DNA from: Anthoceros angustus
Taxonomy: Eukaryota; Plantae; Anthocerotophyta
Assembly: GCA_010909165.1 (NCBI GenBank)
Contig: VJWM01000117.1
Coordinates: 434,001 to 498,000, forward strand
Length of the DNA: 64,000 nucleotides
Direction: 5' to 3'
Shown here: piece by piece, positions 1 to 10,291 of the stretch
How the letters are laid out: every line of letters begins with the position of its first letter
Numbering within the stretch: position 1 is the first letter of the stretch
Program-made: the position numbers and the translations under genes
The notes under the pieces: model-generated
Database searches by the model: none
Seen by the model: the letters and a program-made list of their open reading frames with translations, nothing else
Told to the model about the DNA's origin: nothing

Positions 1-452
1 TGATTGTTCGCAGCAGGAGGCGAACGAGCTTTCTCAGCAAACCGATCGATCCAAGCGTTTGAGGTCGCCTTCCTTTGCCCGAATTTTCGGGACACCACCT
101 AACTCACCTTCGCTCCAACACCAGTTGTAAGCGCGCCGTCTACGCACATATACTCTCTACCGCTGTGACTTCGATCTTGACCGGCGGAGCCGGTGACTGC
201 TCACTGGCGGTAGCCTGGCTGTCGTCACATCTCCTTCTCCTTCAAGTTCTTCGTTTCCTTCATTTTCTTTGGAAGTGGATCTGGATTGCCGTGCCAAGCT
301 TTAAGCGAAGACCACACCACCGTGTCCTGCTTTGCCACTTACGCACAGTGGCCGCCAAGATTTCCCAAATTTGATGCAGCAGTTCTCGAATGCGCACTTT
401 CCAGTTCAGCAGTCTGCCCAAGTAGCGGAAGAGATGAGACAGGCAGGATGAG

Positions 453-2876
453 ATGGCGATGCTGCTGGAGCTGCCCACGTTGTTGCTACCGCGGCAGCAG
501 CTGTCCAGGGAGCAGCCTCGCCTCTCCGTGGCAAGCCCTGCTGCTCCTGTTGCTGGTGCAGGAGGGACCGTCACTTTGCAGGAGCTCTGGGCTAAGCCCG
601 TTCAGAGGCGGGAGGAGAATGGCCTGGACAAGGGTTCAAGCTATCCCGACTTCAGGCACAGAGCGCCCGATGCCCAACACGGCAGGTGCCCTGCTTCTGC
701 CTCTGCTGCTGCTGCCTGGGACGCAGCTTCGCTCAAAGCCTGGGTGACCAGGTGCTGTGACGAGGGGCAATTGAGTCAGGTTTTGGACCTTCTACAGCAG
801 CAGCAGGAGCAGGAGCAGGAGCAGGAGCTTTCAGTATGTCATCTCTCGCAATCCCTTCTCTATCTTGTCTTGAAGAAATGCATGGCTCACAAGGATCTCA
901 TGTCCGCCAGGCGCCTCCATGCCCTTGTTGTCAAGTGTGGGTATGAGTCAGATGCCTTCCTGGCCAACCACATCATGGCCATGTATGCTTCTCTCGGCAA
1001 ATTGGAGGATGCAGTGCACGCCTTCGGCAAGGTCTCCATCCCCGATGTCTACATGTGGTCTACCATTATCCTAGCTCATGCTCGACATGGACAGCCCAGG
1101 CGTGCTGTCTCCCTGTATGAAAAGATGCGCCACTCAAGCTTGAAGCCAGACAAGCACATCTTCGTTGCAGTCCTTAAGGCGTGTGCCTCAGCAGAGGACC
1201 TGGTCTCGGGGAAACAGGTGCACGCTGAAATTCAGGCCAGTGATGCCAAGGCCGATGTTTTTGTCGGCACCAGCTTGGTGGACATGTATGCCAAATGTGG
1301 CAGCTTGGAGGATGCTCGTCAGGTGTTCGACTGCTTGCCCACAAGGAACGTGGCTACATGGAATGCCATGATCGCAGGATACGGTCGGCAGGGGCTGGGC
1401 CTACAAGCCCTCGCTCTGTATGACCGGATGCACCAGGAAGGCTTGACTCCAGCCGACTATGTAACATTTGTGTGCCTCGTCCAGGCATGCGCCAGTGTTG
1501 GAGCGCTGCAGCAGGGCAAGCACCTGCACCGTCAGATACGGCAAAGAGGTCTCCAAGATGATGCAGTCATGGCCAACTGCCTGGTTACCATGTATGTGAG
1601 ATGCGGGAGCTTAGAGGATGCGAGAACAGTGTTTGACAGTTTGCCCGCCAAAGATGTGGTTACATGGACTGCCATGATCACAGGCTATACGGAGCAGGGG
1701 CTCGCCCGGCAAGCCCTGGCTTTGTATGCAAGTATGCAACAGGAGGGCACCACTCTGCCGGACCAGCTCACTTTCGTGTGCCTCCTTCAAGCATGTGCTA
1801 GTGCAGGAGCTCTGCACCAAGGGAAGCAGCTTCATGGCCGCATCCATCAAGCTGGCCTGGAAGCTAACGTGGTCATTGGCAGCTGCCTTGTGGACATGTA
1901 TTCCAAGTGTGGCAGCTTGGAGGACGCACGCAAAGTGTTTGACAGGTTGCCCTCCAGAAACCTGGTGACATGGACAGCGATGCTCAATGGCTATGCTGAA
2001 TATGGTGACGGTCGAATGGCCATCCTGTGTTTCCAGGATATGCTTGAGCAGGGTATGCAGCCCGATGGGACGATTTTTCTGTGTCTCTTTGTAGCATGCA
2101 GTCGTGCAGGCCTGGTGTATGAAGGCCAGCGCTATTTCAGGAGGATGATCGAGGACCATGGGATACTGCCCACAGATTCCCACTACAGTTGCATTGTGGA
2201 TCTTCTTGGCCGGTCAGGTCATTTGGATGAGGCAGAGTGTTTTTTGCATACCATGTCGTTTGAGACGGATGTCTCGGCCTGGAAAGCTTTGTTGAGTGCG
2301 TGCAAGAGCTATGGCGATGTCGAGCGTGGAAGGCGATGCTTTGACCGCCTCGTAGAGCTGGAACCCGACAATGCAAGTTCGTATGTGCTGTTGGGGAACA
2401 TCTATGCAAATGCAGGCAGGTGGGATGAGGTGGATAGGATTGAAAGCTTGCGGAAGTCAGCAGGTGCTTTGAAGAAGCCTGCAAAGGCCACCATTGAAGT
2501 AAGGGATGAGGTTCATGAGTTCACGGTAGGGGAAGAGAGGTCTGACATTTTGTCAAATCTGAGGAGTGTGAACGCGAGGTTGGCGGAGGAAGGAGGCCAT
2601 GTGCCACAAACTGAGTTGGTGCTCAAGGCAGTGTCTGAGCAGGAGAAGGAAGATGCCCTGTGTGGACATGCTGAGAAACTGGCTTTGGCGTATGGTTTGC
2701 TCAATACACCAGATGGCACAACTTTGCTCGTCACTAAAAATCTTCGCATGTGCAATGACTGCCACAGTAGCACCAAGGTCATGTCACGGCTTGAGCAGCG
2801 ACAGATTATAGTCAGAGATGCGCATCAAGTGCATAGGTTCCTCGATGGCTCTTGTTCATGTGGGGATCGGCATTGA
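453..2876 (+). CDS. PLS-class PPR RNA-editing factor with E1/E2 and a full DYW-type deaminase domain of the KPAxA/DRH (DYW:KP) subclass
   Basis: Intronless 807-aa ORF with P-L-S triplets (e.g. VATWNAMIAGY, LVDMYAKCGSLEDA). KKPAKATIE replaces the PG box; deaminase motifs HAEKLA and CNDCH; C-terminus CSCGDRH. Confidence 0.95.
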   Translation: MAMLLELPTLLLPRQQLSREQPRLSVASPAAPVAGAGGTVTLQELWAKPVQRREENGLDKGSSYPDFRHRAPDAQHGRCPASASAAAAWDAASLKAWVTRCCDEGQLSQVLDLLQQQQEQEQEQELSVCHLSQSLLYLVLKKCMAHKDLMSARRLHALVVKCGYESDAFLANHIMAMYASLGKLEDAVHAFGKVSIPDVYMWSTIILAHARHGQPRRAVSLYEKMRHSSLKPDKHIFVAVLKACASAEDLVSGKQVHAEIQASDAKADVFVGTSLVDMYAKCGSLEDARQVFDCLPTRNVATWNAMIAGYGRQGLGLQALALYDRMHQEGLTPADYVTFVCLVQACASVGALQQGKHLHRQIRQRGLQDDAVMANCLVTMYVRCGSLEDARTVFDSLPAKDVVTWTAMITGYTEQGLARQALALYASMQQEGTTLPDQLTFVCLLQACASAGALHQGKQLHGRIHQAGLEANVVIGSCLVDMYSKCGSLEDARKVFDRLPSRNLVTWTAMLNGYAEYGDGRMAILCFQDMLEQGMQPDGTIFLCLFVACSRAGLVYEGQRYFRRMIEDHGILPTDSHYSCIVDLLGRSGHLDEAECFLHTMSFETDVSAWKALLSACKSYGDVERGRRCFDRLVELEPDNASSYVLLGNIYANAGRWDEVDRIESLRKSAGALKKPAKATIEVRDEVHEFTVGEERSDILSNLRSVNARLAEEGGHVPQTELVLKAVSEQEKEDALCGHAEKLALAYGLLNTPDGTTLLVTKNLRMCNDCHSSTKVMSRLEQRQIIVRDAHQVHRFLDGSCSCGDRH

Positions 2877-3639
2877 CAAATTTCTGGTAATATATGTGCC
2901 TTGAAGGCGGCCAGGCTCACCGTTGTCGAAAGGCAACCTGCCATTCCTGCAACTCAGCATGCCGAACATCATTGATTCTTTGTATGCGTGGGAATTGCTA
3001 TAGCTTCAATGACAGAAGTAAGAAAACTTCCAAACCCCCGGGCCCCGAGTTTGGTGACTTCCAAGAAAAAGCTTGGAATACCATCCATGTCTACAGGATG
3101 GCAAGACCTTCATTGATTGGCGTAGTAGGAAGGCCCAAATTCCTATAGAGGCATTACTTCCAGAGAACTGGCTTCTGATCCCATCTGTGAGGATGGCAAG
3201 AGCTTCAGTGAGCTTCAGTGGCTGATGTAAGAATTCCACAAACTCCCGACATTTGAAAAACTGGGCACTGTCTCCATTGGGCAGTCTCCCTTGAACTATC
3301 TAGTTGAGGAAGAGGCAAGGATTGTAGACATAAGTACTTGCGAAGCACTTCCTGATGAGCTGCGGGCCACCATTTACAGCCAGAATCTTGCATAGACAGA
3401 CAGCAGGACCCCGGCACTGAGCATTCAAGATTTCCTGGGTTCCATACAACCCGAATGCACCTCATGAGCGTAAGTACTTGCGCTTGAGCCAGCTCCAGGC
3501 AGAGCCATTTGCACATGTCTCGTTGTGTAAGCAGATTTGTAGCTCCCTGAGTACACTGGGCGTGTATGATATGATGAGCAGCTAGGTGTGTCATCAGCTC
3601 TGGCACGTCTTCCTGGCCTTCCATAGGTTGAACAGTGTC

Positions 3640-6177
3640 ATGGCTGCCTGGAGCGTTACACAGTACTCTCGCACTGGCCAGCACGATGTGTTGGGGGCAC
3701 ATTTCTGCTGCATCCAACACGTAGGTATTCGAGAAACGCCTCCTGAGCATCTGGCTTCCAGGAGTGTAGCTTGGGCAGAGAACGGCGCCAGATGCACCAG
3801 CCTTGCAAACAAAACATCCCGGCACAAGGAGCCTGACGACGTCCTCTGGTTGGATTTGTGCAATCCAGCAAGGGTGGATGATTCGGGCTCTCGCAAGCTT
3901 GCAGGATACGAAAGAGGCGTGACAGCGGAGACCGTGACTAGACTGTGTCAGCAGGGGCAGCGCATGCAGGCCGTTGAGGCTCTCGGTGTTCTGGTGGACA
4001 AAGACTGTCCGATCTCCCATACTCGATTCTACAGTGTCCTGAAAGAATGTGTGGTGAAAGGGGATCTGGTTGTGGGTCGCCGTGTCCATGCCCTCACCGT
4101 GAAGAAGGGGTACGAGTCCAACACCCTCTTGAGCAACCACATCCTGCGGATGTATGCTTCTCATGGCAGGTTGCAAGAAGCGATGGATGTGTTCACAGTG
4201 GTTGCCGAGCCAGATGCTTTCATGTGGTCATCCATGATCTCGGCGTTGGTTAAGCGTGGCAGAACTAAGGAGGCCATACAACTCTACCATCGGATGCGCA
4301 GGTCAGGTGTGAAGCCAGATGGACATGTTTTTGTGGCAGGCCTGCAGGCTTGTGCAAAAGGAGCAGATTTGAAAACTGGTCAGTTGGTGCATGCTGATGC
4401 GGTGGCCAGTGGGGTCGAGTCGGATTTGTTTGTTGGTAATTGCTTGGTGGACATGTATGCAAAGTGTGGCAGCTTGGACGATGCTGAAAGAGTGTTTAGG
4501 GGACTGAGGCAAAAAGATGTCGTGACATGGAATGCTATGATAACAGCGTATTCCAAGCAGGGCATGGGCCAGGAAGCCCTCCATCTTTACGGTGTGATGC
4601 AAAAAGAGGGCATGGCAGCACCTGATTGTGTGACGTTTGCGGGCCTTCTGCACGCATGTGCAAGTGTGGGTGCCTCGGCTTTGGAGAAGGGGAAGCAGCT
4701 TCATGCACGGATTGGAGAACGAGGACTTCGTGTTGATGTGGTTGTAGGCTGCAGCCTGGTGAACATGTACGCCAAGTGTGGCAGCCTGCAGGATGCTCAG
4801 CACGTGTTTGATGGACTTGGTGAAAAAGATGTTATCACCTGGAATGCCATGATAGCAGGATATTCTCAGCAGGGCATGGGTCAGGAAGCCCTTCACCTGT
4901 ACAGTGCCATGCAAGAAGGAGGCCTCGCTGCACCGGATTCCGTGACATTTGTGTGCCTCTTGCAGGCATGTGCTAGTGTGGGTACACCGGCTTTGGAAAC
5001 GGGGAAGCAGCTTCATGCTCACATTAGAGCCAGAGGTCTTCAGTTTGATGTGGTTGTAGGTTGCAGCCTGGTGAACATGTATGTCAAGTGCGGTAGCCTA
5101 CACGATGCTCAGAGCGTGTTCGTCAGGCTTCCTCAGAAGGATGTGGTAACCTGGACAGCTCTTATAGCTGGGTATTCCCAGCTGGGCATGGGTCAGGAAG
5201 CCCTTAGTCTCTACGGAGCAATGCACCAAGAAGGCATGACTCCACATGTGTCTGTTGTCACATTTGTTTGCCTCCTGCAAGCATGTGCAGGTGTGGCAGC
5301 CTTGCATTTAGGACGACAGCTTCACGCCCAGATTGAGGAACAAGGGCTTCAAGCTGATGTGACTGTACTGAATAGTCTGATAAACATGTACGCAAAGTCC
5401 GGGAGCATGCTAGATGCACAGCAGGTGTTTGATGCATTGCCAGAACCAGACATCGTAGCTTGGAATGCTCTCATTGCAGGATACACCCGGCAAGGGGACA
5501 GTGCAGTGGTCTTTGACTTGTTTCACAGAATGACAGAGGATGGCATACAGCCGGACGACATCACATTCCTCAATGTTCTAACAGTGTGCAGCCATGGGGG
5601 TCTAGTGCAAGCAGGGCGAGAGTGCTTTGAGGCTATGAGCAGTCACTACGGCATCACTCCCACTCCCGAACACTTCTCATGCATGGCAGACCTTCTGGGT
5701 CGTGCAGGCCAACTAGAGGAGGCACTAGCGTTGGTGATCACAATGCCCATAAAGCCATATGATGCAGTCTGGCACGCCCTGTTGGGTGCTTGCCGAAAGT
5801 GGAACAACGTGGAGGTGGGACGCCAGGCTTTCCATGAAGCACTGAAGCTAGACGAAAAAGATGCTGCAGCATATGTCTTGATGTCCAACATATATACAGG
5901 TGCCCAGATGCATGAAGAGGCACAAGAGGTGCAAGGAAAGAGAAAGGAAATCGGTGCAAGGAAGCAGCCAGGCCAGAGCTGGTGGACAGACATGCAGGGG
6001 CTGGTGCATACCTTTGTGGCTGGCGGTGCAAGCCACCCCGAAACTGACGTTATACATGCAATGCTGAAGCAGCTTCTTCCTGCACTGGACAAAGCAGGGT
6101 ATGTCACTGACCTCACCACTTCTTCGATGAAAAATCATTCAAACCCTGCAGTCACAAATTTGCAAAATGAACTGTAA
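3640..6177 (+). CDS. PLS-class PPR protein, E+ type with WW-type PG box, truncated before the deaminase HxE motif
   Basis: Long intronless ORF with first in-frame ATG at 3640 and five PLS triplets plus P2-L2-S2-E1-E2. Ends RKQPGQSWWTDMQGLVHTFVAG...AGYVTD with no HxE or CxxC. Confidence 0.9.
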   Translation: MAAWSVTQYSRTGQHDVLGAHFCCIQHVGIRETPPEHLASRSVAWAENGARCTSLANKTSRHKEPDDVLWLDLCNPARVDDSGSRKLAGYERGVTAETVTRLCQQGQRMQAVEALGVLVDKDCPISHTRFYSVLKECVVKGDLVVGRRVHALTVKKGYESNTLLSNHILRMYASHGRLQEAMDVFTVVAEPDAFMWSSMISALVKRGRTKEAIQLYHRMRRSGVKPDGHVFVAGLQACAKGADLKTGQLVHADAVASGVESDLFVGNCLVDMYAKCGSLDDAERVFRGLRQKDVVTWNAMITAYSKQGMGQEALHLYGVMQKEGMAAPDCVTFAGLLHACASVGASALEKGKQLHARIGERGLRVDVVVGCSLVNMYAKCGSLQDAQHVFDGLGEKDVITWNAMIAGYSQQGMGQEALHLYSAMQEGGLAAPDSVTFVCLLQACASVGTPALETGKQLHAHIRARGLQFDVVVGCSLVNMYVKCGSLHDAQSVFVRLPQKDVVTWTALIAGYSQLGMGQEALSLYGAMHQEGMTPHVSVVTFVCLLQACAGVAALHLGRQLHAQIEEQGLQADVTVLNSLINMYAKSGSMLDAQQVFDALPEPDIVAWNALIAGYTRQGDSAVVFDLFHRMTEDGIQPDDITFLNVLTVCSHGGLVQAGRECFEAMSSHYGITPTPEHFSCMADLLGRAGQLEEALALVITMPIKPYDAVWHALLGACRKWNNVEVGRQAFHEALKLDEKDAAAYVLMSNIYTGAQMHEEAQEVQGKRKEIGARKQPGQSWWTDMQGLVHTFVAGGASHPETDVIHAMLKQLLPALDKAGYVTDLTTSSMKNHSNPAVTNLQNEL

Positions 6178-6438
6178 ATTAAATCACTGGTCCCTCGCCA
6201 CAGACAATAGGCTTGAGTCTGGTGAGGGAGGGCTGTCTCTGCCTAATAGCCTGGAAAGCACCAAGCACATGGATAATCGAAAGATATGAATGCACGGCCA
6301 TGGTAGTTGGCAGCAAGAGGAGAGCAAATCGGGTCTAGCGTGACAAGAGCCCTCCACATGCTTGCCTCATCACACTGCCTTGGTGCTCATGTATTAGGAG
6401 CCCTTCTCGGCCACCAGCCCCAAACAACATCGGAGACG

Positions 6439-8430
6439 ATGGCTTCCTGCTCCTGCGGGTCGTCAATGCCTCTATCCTGGCTGCATTCCTCCACCTCGGG
6501 CACGATGATGTGGAAGGTGAAGGTTCCTCCAGCACGCTCAATCGGAGTGAGGAGGTGGGCAGCTAGGAGCCAGGTGCAGCAAGCGTCTGAGCCCCTTCCA
6601 GCCAATGCTCCTGTCGACCCCAGGCGGATTGCGGTGAGCAGCGGGGAGGACAAGTTGGAGATATGCCGGGTGATCAACGGACTGTGGCAGACAAGCGGGG
6701 GCTGGGGCAAAATCGATCCTCCAAGGGCTGTAGACGCCATGCTCCAGCACGTGGATGCGGGTTTCACCACTTTCGACATGGCAGATCACTGTATGTCAGC
6801 TGGTGCATGGCTCGTTCTTGGAATTCATCGTTGTAGATGCCGTGCCTGATCATCGGGGCCGTATTCTTCTGAGAGAGCAGATGGCCCGGCTGAGGATCTG
6901 TATGGAGTCCTCATCAACAGAGTTCGAAGGGAGCGAGGAGAGGAAGTGGCAGCAAGTGTCCAGGGGTATACACTCCTTTCCTGAATCGTCCCCTCTTGTT
7001 GCTTCCAAGTTCCTCAATGGATGTATGCCTTTTCTCACCTGCGGTTCTTCAACTCTTCGTCCATGCTTCTGGTTTCACAGGCTCACTAAGTGGGTGCCTC
7101 CTCCAGGGAGGATGACCAGGAACTTCGTGGAGGCCAATATCGATCGGTCTCGTAAACGCATGGACGTGCAGTGCCTGGATATGTTGCAATTTCACTGGTA
7201 CTTGTTTTCAACATACCTTGTGCTGACTCTCATAGGTCTACAGAGGAAGCATAAGGTGGGATGCTCAAATCATGGCATGTTTCTTTCATTGCAGGTGGGA
7301 CTACGCAAATCCAGGATACCTGGATGCATTAAAACATCTGACCGATCTTAAAGAGGAAGGTGACTTTTTCTTCTCGTCCACGTCCACTATAGGCTTGCGC
7401 AGAGTAGATAGGCTTCTCTCACAAAGCAGTGACTATACTGACATTGTCTTTGCAGGCAAAATCAAAACTGTGGCTTTGACAAACTTCGACACCAAAAGAC
7501 TGCAGATTATTCTGGAGACTGGCATTCCCATCGTTAGCAATCAGGTCAGGATGTAGAGTCCAGTCCACTGTTGCTGGTTTTCGGACGATCACTTGAGTAC
7601 TGTTATTAGGAGAATGACTGTGACTGAGTGTGCCTTGCTGTTCGCTTGATCCCTCAGGTACAACACTCACTTGTAGATATGAGGCCGCAGAAGGCGATGG
7701 CAGAACTCTGCAATGTCACTGGTGTCAAGCTTATCACGTACGTAAGTGCAAATGAGAGTCAAGTACACACACCAGGTGGTCATTCCGTTTTAAACATTCA
7801 CACCTCCTAATGCACGCAGATATGGCACTGTAATGGGTGGTCTTCTCTCTGAGAAGTTCCTGGATGCCAACATTTCTATCCCGTTTGCCGGACCTGCTCT
7901 TGACACTCCCTCCTTGAACAAGTACAAGAGAGTGAGTTGTCCTCCTAACCAGGTACATCACTTCCATGTCTCTCATGAGGTTGCACTAAGTTTATGTCTT
8001 TGCATCAGCAGATGGTGGATGCTTGGGGAGGTTGGAAGTTGTTCCAAGAGCTCCTGCACACTTGCAAAGCTATTGCTAGTAAGCATGGCGTTCCCATTGC
8101 TACTGTTGCTGTCCGGTACATTCTTGACCAGGTAACCTCTGTACCACAACAGCCTCTGGCTTTCAAGGGCTTTGTTGTCTCCATATTGTCGTATTCCTGG
8201 ACAGAAAAATGTGAAAAGAAAAGTCGTGTGTTGCTGTGCAGCCTGCTGTTGCGGGATCTATGGTGGGTGTAAGGCTGGGGCTTTCGGAGCACCTCAAGGA
8301 TTCTCAGGCAATTTTTGGCCTGCAGTTGGATGATGAGGACCGTCAGAGGATAGCAGCCGTCACAGCTAAAGGCAAGGATCTTTTGACAGTCATTGGTGAC
8401 TGCGGCGATGAATACAGAGGGAGCAGGTAA
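6439..8430 (+). CDS. Aldo-keto reductase (NAD(P)-linked oxidoreductase, At2g27680-like) with probable plastid transit peptide, 9 exons
   Basis: Splicing at canonical GT-AG sites gives VINGLWQTSGGWG, GFTTFDMADHYGPAED, LDMLQFHWWDY, ALTNFDT, VSNQVQHS and ends GDCGDEYRGSR*. Ser/Arg-rich N-terminus. Confidence 0.9.
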
Positions 8431-8739
8431 ATTGTGAACCATCAGTCAGCGGATCATCCTAACTGCAGGCTGATTGTACAGAGGCCGCGGACACATATTA
8501 CGATAGCGTAACCTCGTGTGAGAACCATGCAAGTGGGCCTAGGTTTTGGCAGCCAGTAGAATGTCCAGCCTCCTCCACCTCTGATTTCAGACCTGCTGGC
8601 GTCCCAAACTGCAATGGCTCTTGATGATCCTTGTGGTCTTCAACCTTGCATTCACATGCCGGCATCAGCCATGTTTCACCTCACCACAAAGGCCGCAGCC
8701 TGTCTGGTTCCCAATCAACAACACCAAAACGTTATAGTA

Positions 8740-9110
8740 TTATATATATATAGGTATATACACCAATACACCTTATATATATATAGCCTATATATATATA
8801 GGCTATATATACACCAATACTTTATAGTATTATATATAGGTATATATCATATTACTAGTATATTACGTATATTTACTTGAAATCTTGGTATTTTATACTT
8901 ATTTTATATATTTTACATTTATATTATGTATATTTTATAAATTATGTATGTCATGTAAATTATATATGCTATATAATTTTATCAAATTTACAGGTACAAA
9001 CTTGCAATTTAGTGTAATTTAGGTGTAATAAAAAAGTACCCTCACAGACCCCTTACCGAGGGGTATCAATAATTATACCGTAATTTATAGTGGTAATATA
9101 AGATATAAAA
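8740..9110. repeat. AT-rich low-complexity (TA)n-derived tract
   Basis: Runs of TATATA with a repeated TATACACCAATAC motif and a local palindrome TATATAGCCTATATATATATAGGCTATATA. Confidence 0.7.
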
Positions 9111-9242
9111 TAGGTAAATTACCATTAACCACTTCTACCTGTTCCGGCAAGGGTCATCCACACCCAAAGAACAAACCGAGGTAAGCGATCTTTGCATAGT
9201 TCAATCAACCCCTAAACGACAAATCGACCCATTTTGAATCGT

Positions 9243-9633
9243 TCAATCCATAGCTATGCAAGTGTGTTTTCGTAGAGAATTTTGGCCCACACCCCATGTT
9301 GACAGAGTGTTGCCCCGACTGAGAGGTTCCCAATGCTTTATTCCACAAAATCTCGTCCTTCCATCGCAATCAGGAGGTAGAAGAAGAAGAAGAAGATGCT
9401 CTCCAACCCGAGGAGAACCGTAGTGAGTTAGGCCATCACCCGAATTGGCCACGCGCACCATCTGGTTTCCCTTGTGTGCGTGGCCATTTTGGGGCTTCTA
9501 TGCCAATGCCATGGGCACCAGCGTGAGTGGGCGGTGAGCAAATAGCCGCGCTATAGAACGCCTGGTTTTTTGCAGCCCCTTGGTCACCATAGAAGTCCGA
9601 CATGGGGAGGAGGCCACCTATGGCAAATTGCAC
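9243..9633 (-). pseudogene. Unidentified protein-coding remnant in two overlapping frames
   Basis: Protein-like text GGLLPMSDFYGDQG...PPTHAGAHGIGIEA continues after a frameshift as NQMVRVANSGDGLTHYGSP...GNTLSTWGVGQNSLRKHTCIAMD. Family not recognised. Confidence 0.4.
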
Positions 9634-9719
9634 TAGTTACGTGTTGTGTCAATTACTCGTTGTAAGTGGCTGGCAACGTGTAGACCAGCACCCTAAACAA
9701 GTCCTTAAGTTCTGTCAAA

Positions 9720-9880
9720 TGGATTGGTTCAGATGTATGCAAACTTTTCTTGAGTCGCTTCAACGTTGCTGGGAGTAATCTCTTTGATCCCATTCCGACG
9801 GGACAACAATTCAGCTTCTGGGATAGCTCATCATATCTCCCGGGGAATCCAGGGCTCGGTGGTCTTCCACTGTAGCCTTA
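9720..9880 (+). pseudogene. LRR receptor-like protein fragment (last LRR and C-terminal cap)
   Basis: FLSRFNVAGSNLFDPIPTGQQFSFWDSSSY then a frameshift to PGNPGLGGLPL, matching the LRR-RLP cap consensus IPxGxQFxxF...GNPGLCGxPL. Confidence 0.7.
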
Positions 9881-9892
9881 CTCAGTTCCTAA

Positions 9893-10291
9893 CTAGCCAG
9901 ACTCGGATTCAGTCATAGCAAACTTTTGGGTTTCCCTGCGAAAATGACTTGTATTTTTGCCACACAACGAAAAAGCGTATGATATGCTTTGCCGAACATC
10001 ACCGACATAAGCGTATGATATGCTTTGCCGAACATCACCGACAACAGCCTTTATATAACTTTGCCACATGTTGCGGCTTTCTCTCCTTGGTCTGATGTTT
10101 TGGGCAAAGCCAATTCCCATGGTGTGATGGGTGGTGTGTACAGGACCTGAGTACATATTCACCATGGCATATTGATCCTTGATTACTATCAATTCCAACT
10201 TCATATCTTTGAAGGAGGGTACCTCGCTATCATAAAAACGCTTATTATTACCATAGCAGCTGCATGAATCGAAGTGAGCATTGATTTCCAA
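9893..10291 (-). other. Unassigned 132-aa ORF containing a 36-bp tandem duplication
   Basis: AAGCGTATGATATGCTTTGCCGAACATCACCGACA at 9973 and 10009 duplicates VGDVRQSISYA in frame. Confidence 0.35.

Noticed and set aside
3205-4176. 323-aa minus-strand ORF, and similar ORFs such as 1611-2183, 4303-5022 and 19869-21007
   Set aside because: Antisense or alternate-frame shadows of PPR coding sequence.
6307-6438. Upstream extension of the aldo-keto reductase ORF from a non-ATG start
   Set aside because: ATG 6439 gives a typical transit peptide; the track's start is an alternative codon.
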